A stretch of 64,000 bases of DNA from Eledone cirrhosa (Eukaryota), in the NCBI GenBank assembly GCA_964016885.1, contig OZ024743.1, forward strand, positions 88,164,001-88,228,000, in the 5' to 3' direction. The position numbers and the translations under genes are program-made. The notes beneath the pieces are model-generated. The model saw nothing but the letters and a program-made list of their open reading frames with translations, had not been told where the DNA came from and did not search any database. Shown here in pieces: positions 16,681-30,339 of the stretch (the stretch's first letter is position 1; the number at the start of each line of letters is the position of its first letter).

Positions 16681-17241
16681 GAGAAGAATACTGCGTGGTT
16701 GCACATGGGTTACATATGATAAAAATAGTCCGTCATCAGTGATTTTCCAACCTTCATTGATATTTCATCGCTTTAAAAATCATATACTTCCAGTTGGTGT
16801 GAGCAATAGCTAAATAAAGCTATTGGGACAAGTAAATCGCGTGAAGCGAGCGAGACAAGTAAACAAACATAGAAAGATAGCAACGCAAAGATAGGAAAAA
16901 ACAAGCACATGGTAGTCCGATCAGATTAAACTGTGTGGATTTCATGGGCGAGAGACAACAGACCGTCCGACGCGAGTGAGGTGTGAGCAAGAAAGGACCC
17001 CACTTCAGGCCAAACGGGAGGAAGTGAGAAGGGGTGAAGCAGAGAGTGAGTGAGTGGATATATATATATATATAATAGAATTCGGGATGGATTTAGTTTG
17101 AAACTAGTTAGACCATTACTCACCAGAATACTCGATACTTGGGGTAGTAGAGTATGGTTATATTATAAAGAGTCGGCACCCGACGACTGAGCTCTTGCCG
17201 TTTCAACAGCTAGTTCCAGGCTTGAAACGGCACATCCATGC

Positions 17242-17291
17242 ACATCCCGAGCTGAAGATCCGCTAAGGTGAAACAATTGTTCTCGGTATGT
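17242..17291 (+). ncRNA. Candidate minimal type I hammerhead ribozyme motif
   Basis: ccgag-CTGAAGA-tccgctaaggt-GAA-ACAATTGT-T-ctcgg: stem I ccgag/ctcgg, palindromic stem III, GUU site; stem II weak. Confidence 0.5.
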
Positions 17292-17380
17292 TGAACTATC
17301 TGTTGTGTAACCACTTCTTCGTAACTCGTCCCATGGACTGAGTGCTCTACCACTGCGGATATTACCTTCCAGTGTTCTAC

Positions 17381-17432
<52 letters not shown>

Positions 17433-17433
17433 C

Positions 17434-17782
17434 TGTAGCGGTTGTCTCCCTTGTTGTGACTCACAACCCCAATAGATTAACAACATCTAGACGGGAAGTA
17501 GAACCCTTTCTGTAACTTCCGGCAGAGCCCTATAAAACGAATAGCCTTCGGCTCTCTCCCTCTCATTTGCCTTTCCGGCGCCTGGCCTTAGCCAGACGTC
17601 TTCTGCCAGCCCGCGTTTGCCTGGCAATCAAAACGGTAACTACTAACTTTGCTTCATTCTATCATCTATTACTTTGACATGTCAACTATACTGTTCTATA
17701 TATATCCATGATTGTTAATTAAATATTATACACACAAACCATGTCTCTTTGTTACATTCATACACCCAGTATCTTCGCTATA
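17434..17782 (+). mobile_element. Solo LTR, probably Gypsy-type (349 bp)
   Basis: Inverted termini tgtagcg...cgctata (CA decayed to TA), 4-bp TSD tagc on both sides, tataaaa at 17531, attaaa at about 17718. Confidence 0.7.
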
Positions 17783-18495
<713 letters not shown>

Positions 18496-19092
18496 GGCAG
18501 GTGTATATATTATGTTGTATATATATTTATACAACATAATATATACACCTGCCTTTTTCCTCACTCCATCCAGCCCCCTAAAATGCTACCGATGACAATA
18601 ATAACAACATGTACAACTTACCAAAATTGCCTCAACATTTCTAAGATAGGCCCCATCCCCTCGTCCCAGCATCACGTGTTAAAAGGAGGGATGGAGACTG
18701 TCCCACGATCGGGTGGTGGTGGCGTGGGAATAGCTAGAAATCCTCTCCCTGGTGGAATATCAGTGTTGTCATAGTAAACTGCAATTACCCCACTGTTCCA
18801 CCCGCCCCCCACCCCCACCCCCCACACTCCTGTCCTCCTACCGCCACCACCCCTGCCATTACTGTAATTGGGATGTCTATGACATCTGACCTTGTATATC
18901 AGTATTTATCTATGTAGCTGAGGAGAGAGTGTGGAGGGGCTGATTAGGGGTTTCAGGGAATCTTTCTTGAGATCCCTTAATTCCTCTCAGATTTACATAC
19001 ACTGGAACTGCTGATGGTGGTGGTGGCGGTGGGGATAATGGTGGTGGTTGTTTTGATTGTTGCGGTGATTGATGGTGGTTCTCCTATTGCTT

Positions 19093-19129
<37 letters not shown>

Positions 19130-19769
19130 ATATGTATGTGTGTATATATATGTATGTATGCATATATACATATACATATACTGAGTACTCATTCTCATGA
19201 CCGTCAACACTAAGCATACACTCACATACACACACACACATACACGTATATATATACACACACACGTATATATATATACATACATATATATATATATATA
19301 CATATATATACACATATATATATACACACACACACACACATATATATATGTGTGTGTGTGTGCGTTTGTGAATCACATATAAAGTTATTTATATAAATGA
19401 CGTATATACGGAGGGATGAGGGAGGGGTGTGTAGAGGGGTTTAAAGCCCCCAACAATGGATGGATTAAAGTAGAAAAGAAGGGATGTCTCCTAGATTGAT
19501 GGATAACTGGTCATTGAAATCCTTCTAAATATAATGGTGGCGCCCCAGCAGGGCCCCAACCTTTCAGTTGGAACACGAAATAGAAATGTAGATACGTTAG
19601 GAAATTAAAGACCAACGTTGTGTTGTTATATTACTTAAGCTTTGCTGTAAATATATAAAACTTTATACAATATAAATATTATTGTTACCTATATTAATGT
19701 AAACACTACTTTACCATCTCTACCTCTTCTCTTTTCCTGTCTCTCTCTATCTCTTACTCGCCTTGTGTA

Positions 19770-19771
19770 TG

Positions 19772-19829
<58 letters not shown>

Positions 19830-19837
19830 CCTCTCTC

Positions 19838-19874
<37 letters not shown>

Positions 19875-20148
19875 TGCTTTCTTGGTCTCTCTCTCTTGGC
19901 GTCAGTCTCTCTCTCTCTATATATATATAGATATATAGATATATATATATATCTTTCCTGGCGCGTGTCTCTCTCCCTCTCTCTCTCTCTCACTCTCTCT
20001 CTCTCTCTCTCTTAGCGTCAGTCTCTCTTTCTCTCTCTTTCTCTCTCTCTCTCTATATATATATATATCGCTTTCTCTCTATATATCTCTCTCTCCTTGG
20101 CGAGTGTCTCTCTTTCTCTGTCTCTCTCTCCTTCTTGGTGTGTGTGTG

Positions 20149-20181
<33 letters not shown>

Positions 20182-20275
20182 TGCTTTCTTGGTCTCTCTC
20201 TCTTGGCGTCAGTCTCTCTCTCTCTATATATATATATAGATATAAGATATATATATATATCTTTCCTGGCGCGTG

Positions 20276-20310
<35 letters not shown>

Positions 20311-20337
20311 TAGCGTCAGTCTCTCTTTCTCTCTCTT

Positions 20338-20370
<33 letters not shown>

Positions 20371-20525
20371 CGCTTTCTCTCTATATATCTCTCTCTCCTT
20401 GGCGAGTGTCTCTCTTTCTCTGTCTCTCTCCTTCTTGGTGTGTGTGTGTGTCTCTCTCTCTCTCTCTCTCTCTCTCCTACTGCCTCTCTCTTTATCTTTC
20501 TCTGTATCTCTCTCTCTCTCTCTCC
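19770..20525. repeat. (CT)n/(TA)n-rich block tandemly duplicated with about 300-bp period
   Basis: Spacers ttgctttcttggtc, ggcgtcagtc, cctggcgcgtgtc, ttagcgtcag and ggcgagtgtc each recur in order. Confidence 0.85.
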
Positions 20526-20601
20526 CTCGATGTGTATCACTCTTTCTCTACTCTCTATTCCCATTCATTTCAGTTTTTCTTTCTCATTTGCATAGAATCT
20601 A

Positions 20602-20657
20602 TGACGTCAAATTCTCTTTAATTCTCCCTACTGCTATCCCCTTCTCTCTCTCTCTCA

Positions 20658-20688
<31 letters not shown>

Positions 20689-20708
20689 TCACTCTCTCTC
20701 TCTCAGTC
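20602..20708 (+). promoter_or_regulatory. Putative otopetrin core promoter: CRE, (CT)n GAGA-like tract, initiator
   Basis: TGACGTCA at 20602-20609, (CT)n at 20642-20704, TCAGTC initiator-like motif at 20703-20708, about 70 bp before a candidate ATG. Confidence 0.45.
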
Positions 20709-20772
20709 CCACAACAGAGCGTCTAAGGGAGATAAGAAGAGAAGATTTGTTAAAGTCAAAGGAGTGAGAAAG

Positions 20773-20779
20773 ATGAGAG
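20773..20779 (+). CDS. Otopetrin candidate exon 1, coding part (ATG AGA G)
   Basis: ATGAGAG|gtagga is a phase-1 donor that joins exon 2 as MRELRPVD; no homology support. Confidence 0.45.
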
Positions 20780-21014
20780 GTAGGAGATAAAAGAGGGATA
20801 TATTACGAAAGAGAGAGGGCAATGGAGAGGTTTTACAAAAGGTTATGCTCAGAATATAAATATATACACAGATACAGCCAGATACATGATGTGTATATAT
20901 TGGATATTATACTTTACTGTCTGTCTTGAGTGCTCTTTTATTTATTTCTACTGACTATATAAAATTATTTCAATACATATCTATATATCTATAGATTCAC
21001 TCCATTGAGATGTA

Positions 21015-21316
21015 TCGTCATCATCGTCGTCGTTGTCGTCGTCATCATCAACGTCATCTTCATCATCATCATCATCGTCATCATCATCATATCTTCATCA
21101 TCGCCGTCATTATTGTCATTATCATCGTTGTCATCATCATCATCACCATAATGATATCATCATCACCACCATCATCATCATCATCATGATATCATCATCA
21201 CCACCATCATCATCTTCATCATGATATCATCATCACCACCATCATTATCTTCACCATCATCAACATCATCAACACTAACATCATCATCGTCATCATTATC
21301 ACCATCATCACCATTG

Positions 21317-21352
<36 letters not shown>

Positions 21353-21390
21353 CCATTGTCACCATCATCATCATCATCATCATCATCATT
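21015..21390. repeat. Degenerate (CAT)n microsatellite, the expanded tail of a minus-strand SINE
   Basis: Followed by ttttacatccactttccatgc, as in other SINE tails in the window. Confidence 0.85.
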
Positions 21391-21538
21391 TTACATCCAC
21401 TTTCCATGCAGTCATCAGTTAGACGGTCACAATCTCACTTCAGAATCTGTCTATGACACAGATTAAACAACTACCTTTCTCCCGTATATTTCCTGTTTAC
21501 CATGGCTCTACGGCCACATGCCCTTCTTTACGGCGATC

Positions 21539-24500
21539 CCTTTACAGGGTATACTGGGTATATTTTATAGTGGTACCAGTACTACCACTTTACAGGGTAT
21601 ACTGGGTATATTTTATAGTGGTACCAGTACTACCACTTTACAGGGTATACTGGGTATATTTTATAGTGGTACCAGTACTACCACTTTACAGGGTATACTG
21701 GGTATATTCTATAGTGGTACCAGTACTACCACTTTACAGAGTATACTGGGTATATTCTATAGTGGTACCAGTACTACCACTTTACAGGGTATACTGGGTA
21801 TATTCTATAGTGGTACCAGTACTACCACTTTACAGAGTATACTGGGTATATTCTATAGTGGTACCAGTACTACCACTTTACAGGGTATACTGGGTATATT
21901 CTATAGTGGTACCAGTACTACCACTTTACAGAGTATACTGGGTATATTCTATAGTGGTACCAGTACTACCACTTTACAGGGTATACTGGGTATATTCTAT
22001 AGTGGTACCAGTACTACCACTTTACAGGGTATACTGGGTATATTTTATAGTGGTACCAGTACTACCACTTTACAGGGTATACTGGGTATATTCTATAGTG
22101 GTACCAGTACTACTACTTTACAGGGTATACTGGGTATATTCTATAGTGGTACCAGTACTACCACTTTACAGGGTATACTGGGTATATTCTATAGTGGTAC
22201 CAGTACTACTACTTTACAGGGTATACTGGGTATATTCTATAGTGGTACCAGTACTACCACTTTACAGGGTATACTGGGTATATTCTATAGTGGTACCAGT
22301 ACTACTACTTTACAGGGTATACTGGGTATATTTTATAGTGGTACCAGTACTACCACTTTACAGGGTATACTGGGTATATTTTATAGTGGTACCAGTACTA
22401 CCACTTTACAGGGTATACTGGGTATATTCTATAGTGGTACCAGTACTACTACTTTACAGGGTATACTGGGTATATTCTATAGTGGTACCAGTACTACCAC
22501 TTTACAGGGTATACTGGGTATATTCTATAGTGGTACCAGTACTACCACTTTACAGAGTATACTGGGTATATTTTATAGTGGTACCAGTACTACCACTTTA
22601 CAGGGTATACTGGGTATATTTTATAGTGGTACCAGTACTACCACTTTACAGGGTATACTGGGTATATTCTATAGTGGTACCAGTACTACTACTTTACAGG
22701 GTATACTGGGTATATTCTATAGTGGTACCAGTACTACCACTTTACAGGGTATACTGGGTATATTCTATAGTGGTACCAGTACTACTACTTTACAGGGTAT
22801 ACTGGGTATATTCTATAGTGGTACCAGTACTACCACTTTACAGGGTATACTGGGTATATTCTATAGTGGTACCAGTACTACTACTTTACAGGGTATACTG
22901 GGTATATTCTATAGTGGTACCAGTACTACCACTTTACAGGGTATACTGGGTATATTTTATAGTGGTACCAGTACTACCACTTTACAGGGTATACTGGGTA
23001 TATTTTATAGTGGTACCAGTACTACCACTTTACAGGGTATACTGGGTATATTCTATAGTGGTACCAGTACTACCACTTTACAGGGTATACTGGGTATATT
23101 CTATAGTGGTACCAGTACTACCACTTTACAGAGTATACTGGGTATATTCTATAGTGGTACCAGTACTACCACTTTACAGGGTATACTGGGTATATTCTAT
23201 AGTGGTACCAGTACTACCACTTTACAGAGTATACTGGGTATATTCTATAGTGGTACCAGTACTACCACTTTAGAGGGTATACTGGGTATATTTTATAGTG
23301 GTACCAGTACTACCACTTTACAGGGTATACTGGGTATATTCTATAGTGGTACCACCACCACCACTTTACAGGGTATACTGGGTGTATTCTATAGTGGTAC
23401 CAGTACTACCACTTTACAGGGTATACTGGGTATATTCTATAGTGGTACCAGTACTACTACTTTACAGGGTATACTGGGTATATTCTATAGTGGTACCAGT
23501 ACTACTACTTTACAGGGTATACTGGGTATATTTTATAGTGGTACCAGTACTACCACTTTACGAGGTATACTGGGTATATTCTATAGTGGTACCAGTACTA
23601 CCACTTTACAGGGTATACTGGGTATACTGGGTATATTCCATAGTGGTACCAGTACTACCACTTTACAGGGTATACTGGGTATATTTTATCGTGGTACCAG
23701 TACTACCACTTTACAGGGTATACTGGGTATATTTTATAGTGGTACCAGTACTACCACTTTACAGGGTATACTGGGTATATTTTATAGTGGTACCAGTACT
23801 ACCACTTTACAGGGTATACTGGTTATATTCTATAGTGGTACCAGTACTACCACTTTACAGGGTATACTGGGTATATTTTACAGAGGTACCAGTACTACCA
23901 CTTTACAGGGTATACTGGGTATATTCTATAGTGGTACCAGTACTACCATTTTACAGGGTATACTGGGTATATTCCATAGTGGTACCAGTACTACCACTTT
24001 ACAGGGTATACTGGGTATATTTTATAGTGGTACCAGTACTACCACTTTACAGGGTATACTGGGTATATTTTATAGTGGTACCAGTACTACCACTTTACAG
24101 GGTATACTGGGTATATTCCATAGTGGTACCAGTACTACCAGTTTACAGAGTATACTGGGTATATTTTATAGTGGTACCAGTACTACCACTTTACAGGGTA
24201 TACTGGGTATATTCTATAGTGGTACCAGTACTACCACTTTACAGAGGATACTGGGTATATTCTATAGTGGTACCACCACCACCACTTTACAGGGTATACT
24301 GGGTGTATTCTATAGTGGTACCAGTACTACCACTTTACAGGGTATACTGTGTATATTTTACAGAGGTACCAGTACTACCACTTTACAGGGTATATTGGGT
24401 ATATTCTATAGTGGTACCAGTACTACCAGTTTACAGAGTATACTGGGTATATTTTACAGAGGTACCAGTACTACCACTTTACAGGGTATACTGGGTATAT

Positions 24501-26462
24501 TTTACAGATATACCATTACTACCACTTTACAGGGTATACTGGGTATATTTTATAGTGGTACCAGTACTACCACTTTATAGGGTATACTGGGTATATTTTA
24601 TAGTGGTACCAATACTACCACTTTACAGAGGATACGGTGTATTTTATAGTGGTACCAATACTACCACTTTACAGAGTATACTGGGTATATTCCATAGTGG
24701 TACCAGTACTACCACTTTACAGGGTATACTGGGTATATTCTATAGTGGTACCAATACTACCACTTTACAGGGTATACTGGGTATATTCTATAGTGATACC
24801 AGTACTACCACTTTACAGGGTATACTGGGTATATTCTATAGTGGTACCAATACTACCACTTTACAGGGTATACTGGGTATATTCCATAGTGGTACCAGCT
24901 TTACCACTTTGCAGAGTGTACTAGGTATATTTTATTGTAATACCAGCACTACCACTTTACAGAATATACTGGGTATATTTTATAGTTGTACCAGTACTAC
25001 CACTTTACAGGGTATACTGGATATATTTTATAGTGGTACCAGTACTACCACTTACAGAGTATACTGGGTATATTCTATAGTGGTACCAGTACTACCACTT
25101 TACAGGGTATACTGGGTATATTTTATAGTGGTACCAGTACTACCACTTTACAGGGTATACTGGGTATATTTTATAGTGGTACCAGTACTACCACTTTACA
25201 GGGTATACTGGGTATATTTTATAGTCGTACCAGTACTACCACTTTACAGGGTATACTGGGTATATTTTATAGTGGTACCAGCTTTACCACTTTGCAGGGT
25301 ATACTGGGTATATTTTATAGTGGTACCAGTACTACCACTTTACAGGGTATACTGGGTATATTTTATAGTGGTACCAATACTACCAGTTTACAGGGTATAC
25401 TGGGTATATTTTATAGTGGTACCAATACTACCAGTTTACAGGGTATACTTTATAGTGGTACCAGTACTACCACTTTTCAGGGTATACTGGGTATATTTTA
25501 TAGTGGTACCAATACTTCCACTTTACAGAGGATACGCTATATTTTTTAGTGGTACCAATACTACCAGTTTACAGGGTATACTGGGTATATTTTATAGTGG
25601 TACCAGTACTACCACTTTACAGAGGATACGGTATATTTTATAGTGGTACCAATACTACCAGTTTACAGGGTATACTGGGTATATTTTATAGTGGTACCAA
25701 TACTACCAGTTTACAGGGTATACTGGGTATATTTTATAGTGATTCCAGTACTACCACTTTACAGAGGATACGGTATATTTTATCGTGTTACCAGTACTAC
25801 CAGTTTACAGGGTATACTGGGTATATTTTATAGTGGTACCAGTACTACCACTTTACGGGGTATACTGGGTATATTTTATAGTCGTACCAATACTACCACT
25901 TTACAGAGGATACGGTATAATTTTTAGTGGTACCAATACTACCAGTTTACAGGGTATACTGGGTATATTTTATAGTGGTACCAGTACTATCACTTTACAG
26001 GGTATACTGGGTATATTTTATAGCGGTACCAATACTACCACTTTACAGAGGATACGGTATATTTTATAGTGGTACCAATACTACCAGTTTACAGGGTATA
26101 CTGGGTATATTTTATAGTGGTACCAGTACTACCACTTTACAGGGTATACTGGGTATATTTTATAGTGGTACCAGTACTACCACTTTACAGAGGATACGGT
26201 ATATTTTATAGTGGTACCAATACTACCAGTTTACAGGGTATACTGGGTATATTTTATAGTGGTACCAGTACTACCACTTTACAGGGTATACTGGGTATAT
26301 TTTATAGTGGTACCAGTACTACCACTTTACAGAGGATACGGTATATTCTATAGTGGTACCAGTACTACCAGTTTACAGAGTATACTGGGTATATTCCATA
26401 GTGGTACCAGCTTTACCACTTTGCAGAGTGTACTGGGTGTATTTTATCGTAATACTAGCACC
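21539..26462. repeat. 48-bp minisatellite, about 100 copies
   Basis: Unit tttacagggtatactgggtatattttatagtggtaccagtactaccac; the long ORFs here are repeat artefacts. Confidence 0.98.
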
Positions 26463-26820
26463 AGAGGGGTCACTTTGTTCCCCTGCAAAATTAAAGAGGT
26501 CCTTCTAATCTACATCATCTCAGTTCTTTCAAGGCAAACCTGACCGAGAGTGAGAGATAATGAAGAGTGTGAAAGTAGAAAGAGTAAGAGTGTATAGTGG
26601 GGAGAATGGACCCATTGGGTGTGGTGGGAGATGGCGTAATGGAAGAGAGACAATGTTAACTACATGGTGATTGTCAGGAGATTGTCGGAGAAAACAACAT
26701 GATAAGAGAGGGGGAGGTGTTCGTGTGCGTGTTCGCTTGTGTATGTGAAGGCGTGTAGCTTACTGGTTAGTGAATTGGAATGTGTGATGCGTTCTGTACT
26801 TACTTTATTTCACATTGCAG

Positions 26821-26916
26821 AGTTACGACCGGTAGATAGTATCGGCAATGGAAAGACCAATGGAAACATTGTCTCCTTGGTCCAATTTGACAAGTTCCAC
26901 GCCACTTGGTCAACGA
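26821..26916 (+). CDS. Otopetrin exon 2 (ELRPVDSIGNGKTNG...ATWST)
   Basis: tttcacattgcag acceptor, A|gtgagg donor, 96 nt, open frame, phase 1-1, compatible with exon 3. Confidence 0.6.
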
Positions 26917-27185
26917 GTGAGGTCTGGGATCTTGTCACTCATACCTTATGTGTGTATGTATGTGTGTTTGTATGCGTATGAGTGTCTATGTGTACATGTG
27001 TATGCATGTGTGTGTGAGACAGGGGTCAGTAATACCTGTGACTCTCTCCATTCGAAATGATGCTGTTGTTCTTGTTTGTTGTTCACGGTGGGAGGTCACA
27101 GCTGATACCCCCACAACAGTAGAGAAGTTGTGGGAATACAACCCTTCAATACTCGAATTAAACAATGTGTAATTTTCGTTAGCAG

Positions 27186-27309
27186 GGATCGGCCATGAAT
27201 GTGAAGATGACAGTACACGGCATCTGGCGAAGTTCGACAGCGAACCGTCATCCCCATCATTCAGACGAAGATCCAGCCGACCACCACCGACCGCCAGAGA
27301 ACTGCTTTT
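27186..27309 (+). CDS. Otopetrin exon 3 (IGHECEDD...PTARELLF)
   Basis: ttagcag acceptor, TT|gtaagt donor; phase 2 matches exon 4. Confidence 0.75.
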
Positions 27310-27438
27310 GTAAGTATACTTCATATATGTGTGTGTGTGTGAGAGAGTGTGTGTGTGTGTGTGTGTGTGATCATCATCATTAGCACTATTTAACGTCTGC
27401 ATAACTGATGATGATGATGATGATGTGTGTCTGTGTAC

Positions 27439-27469
<31 letters not shown>

Positions 27470-27492
27470 TATATATATATATATGTGTCTGT

Positions 27493-27547
<55 letters not shown>

Positions 27548-27564
27548 TATATATATATATATAT

Positions 27565-27687
<123 letters not shown>

Positions 27688-27771
27688 CACACACATATAT
27701 ATATCTGGCTAATGAATCATATTTTTATAACTCTAAATCTAATTTATCTATTTATATGTATCAAATCTCTT

Positions 27772-27823
<52 letters not shown>

Positions 27824-27825
<2 letters not shown>

Positions 27826-28322
27826 AGGGGGCTTCAAAAAGTTCGTGGAAAAAGTACATAGCTAAAATTCATATGCAGATATTTTTATCTCAATGCACCT
27901 GTACATTCTCGTACTAACGTGTCATAACATGTTTTAACGTGAACCCTTAAATGTATGTTACAACGCAGCGGTGCCATTCGCAAGTCAGCACCCACTTGAG
28001 CACCATGGCCTCTATCAAAACATCAAATTCATGGTGAAGCTAGGGTGGAAGTACAGCCAAATCATTGACGCTCTGGAGCAAGTTTATGGGGACAAGGCTC
28101 CAAAGAAATGGATAAGTCGTTTTAGAAGTAGAAGAGATGAGGTTGAAGATGATCCCAGTTGAAGATGTAAAAAAAGGCTTTTACACAGACGGACATAAAG
28201 GCTGGTATCAATGGTTGCAGAAGTGTATTGACCTAGATGGAGCATATGTTGAAAAATAAACACCATAATTTAAACCGTTTTTTCACAACTGTCCTTTTTC
28301 TCAAACTTTTTGAAGCCCCTCG
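27824..28322 (+). mobile_element. Internally deleted mariner, Hsmar2/irritans-like
   Basis: TIRs cgagggggcttcaaaaagtt / aactttttgaagcccctcg; transposase N-terminus NIKFMVKLGWK..IIDAL..VYGDKAPKK and C-terminus GWYQWLQKCIDLDGAYVEK*. Confidence 0.88.
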
Positions 28323-28361
28323 TGTGTATACATGTATGTATGCAAGTATGTATCTATAAAT

Positions 28362-29012
28362 TTAATATCTCCACAGTGATATAACATGACTATGTCTTTG
28401 ATATCACCACAGTATTATAACATGTCTATGTTTGATAGCTCCACAGTGATAGTATCACATCTACATATTTGATATCACCAGTGTTATAACATATCTATAT
28501 ATTTGATATCACTAGTGTTATAACATCTATATATTTGATATCACCAGTGTTATAACATATCTATATATTTGATATCACCAGTGTTATAACATATCTATAT
28601 ATTTGATATCACCAGTGTTATAACATCTATATATTTGATATCACCAGTGTTATAACATATCTATATATTTGATATCACCAGTGTTATAACATCTATATAT
28701 TTGATATCACCAGTGTTATAACATGTCTATATATTTGATATCATCACAGTGATATAACAATATGTCTATATATTTGATATCGCCACAGTAATATAACATA
28801 TTTTTATATTTGATATCGCCTCAGTGATATCGAAACATGGCTAAATGTTTTATATTACCAGTGTTATAACAATATGTCTATCTATTTGCTATCATCACAA
28901 CAATATAACGTCTCTATATTTGATATTACCACAGTAATATAACAATATATGTGATATCACCGCAGTGTTATAACATGTCTATATATCTGATATCTCCACA
29001 GTGATAGTATCA
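28362..29012. repeat. About 36-40-bp minisatellite running into the exon 4 acceptor
   Basis: Unit tttgatatcaccagtgttataacatatctatata and variants. Confidence 0.9.
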
Positions 29013-29113
29013 TGGCAAACCTGAGTGGTATCTATGGAATGTTTTTGACAGTAATGGGAGCTGTCATACCTATATCAGAAGTTTTCTCGAAACCACATCC
29101 GTTCCTCTTTGAG
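29002..29113 (+). CDS. OTOP: Otopetrin exon 4 (DSIMANLSGIYGMFLTVMGAVIPISEVFSKPHPFLFE, TM1)
   Basis: ccacag acceptor, GAG|gtgagt donor; LSGIYG...MGAVIPISE resembles otopetrin TM1. Missing from the supplied ORF track. Confidence 0.88.
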
Positions 29114-29231
29114 GTGAGTATATCTTTCTAGCACACTACACATAACTCTATTTTCCTGACTATATCTTTCTAACACATAAATCTATTTTCCTTGAGAATC
29201 AAAAAACATTGTTATTTATGGTATTTAAAAA

Positions 29232-29515
29232 CATGTGGCGTAGTGGTAAAGTTGTTGGACTTACAATCATAATGTTGTGGGTTCGATTCCTGGGCTGAGT
29301 TGTGTGTTGTGTTCTTGAGCAAAACACTTCATTTCGTGCTGCCCCAGTATACTCAGCTGAAAATGAGTACTAGCAATAGCTGGGGGTTTAACCCAGCAAT
29401 GGACTGGCATCCTATCCGGGGGGGGGGGGGGGGGGGGTCTTGTACTCTCAGTCGCTTCATGCCACAAAACCGGGATAAGTACCAGCCTGACAAGCCTCCT
29501 GGCTTGAGACTTTAG
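29232..29515 (+). mobile_element. tRNA-derived CORE-type SINE; a related copy is at about 63327-63645
   Basis: tggcgtagtgg A box, ggttcgattcc B box, ttcttgagcaaaacact. Confidence 0.8.
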
Positions 29516-29639
29516 TTACTTATGGTAGGTTACCCATGGTTATTGTAAGAGGTCAGTTAGTAATGGTCACTGTAAATGATGACTCAGAAATGGTCAACAG
29601 GAGGAGCAGATATCAATTGTTACCATGAGGGGTTGGTTA

Positions 29640-29935
29640 GTTGTAGTCACTAGGAGTGACCTAGTAATAGTCACTAGGAATGATCTAGTAATAGTCACCA
29701 GAAGAAGTGACCTAGTAATGGTCACCAGAAGAAGTGACCTAGTAATAGTCACTAGGAGTGACCTAGTAATGGTCACCAGGAGTGACCTAGTAATGGTCAC
29801 TAGGAGTGACCTAGTAATGGTCGCCAGAAGGAGTGACCTAGTAATAGTCACTAGGAGTCACTTAGTAATGGTCACCAGAAGGAGTGACCTAGTAATGGTC
29901 ACTAGGAGTGACCTAGTAATGGTCACCAGAAGGGG
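29640..29935. repeat. 27/30-bp minisatellite (aggagtgacctagtaatggtcacc) with internal hairpin gtgacc/ggtcac
   Basis: Direct reading of the sequence. Confidence 0.9.
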
Positions 29936-30339
29936 TTGACAAGGTCTGTAATGACAAACATCAGTAAGAAATTCCAAAGTAAAAATTGTATCAGTCATGA
30001 TGTAAATCAGTATCTTAACTTTCAAGTTGAACCCTTTATTTTCTGACCAATGTCAGACCTAAGATATTACTTCACCCTGCAGCCACAAGGACCTTCTTGC
30101 AGTCAAACTGTATACCACATTATGTGTATGTAAGTACCTATTGTAGGTAAAATGCACAACTGCCCTCACCACCACCACCATCCCCCCCCCCCCCCCCCCC
30201 ACGATCGTCACCATCACTATGATCATCATCATCTGATGTCTGCTTTCCATGCTGGCATGAGTTGGACCTCATCTTGTTCATACGTCCCATGTTTTGCATG
30301 GTTTCTATAGCTAGGTGCCCTTCTTAATACCAACCAACC

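Noticed and set aside
16727-16741. Minus-strand CTGATGA as a hammerhead
   Set aside because: No downstream stem II partner or GAAA was found.
21453-26543. Very long ORFs (606, 1020 and 781 aa) of repeated LQGILGIFYSGTSTTT / LYRVYWVYSIVVPVLP
   Set aside because: The 48-bp unit is a multiple of 3 and lacks stops in two frames; the array is intronic, SINE-derived and frameshifts freely, so there is no evidence of coding.
26848-27060. MERPMETL ORF as the otopetrin start
   Set aside because: At the gtgagg donor this frame is phase 0, incompatible with the phase-1 start of exon 3.
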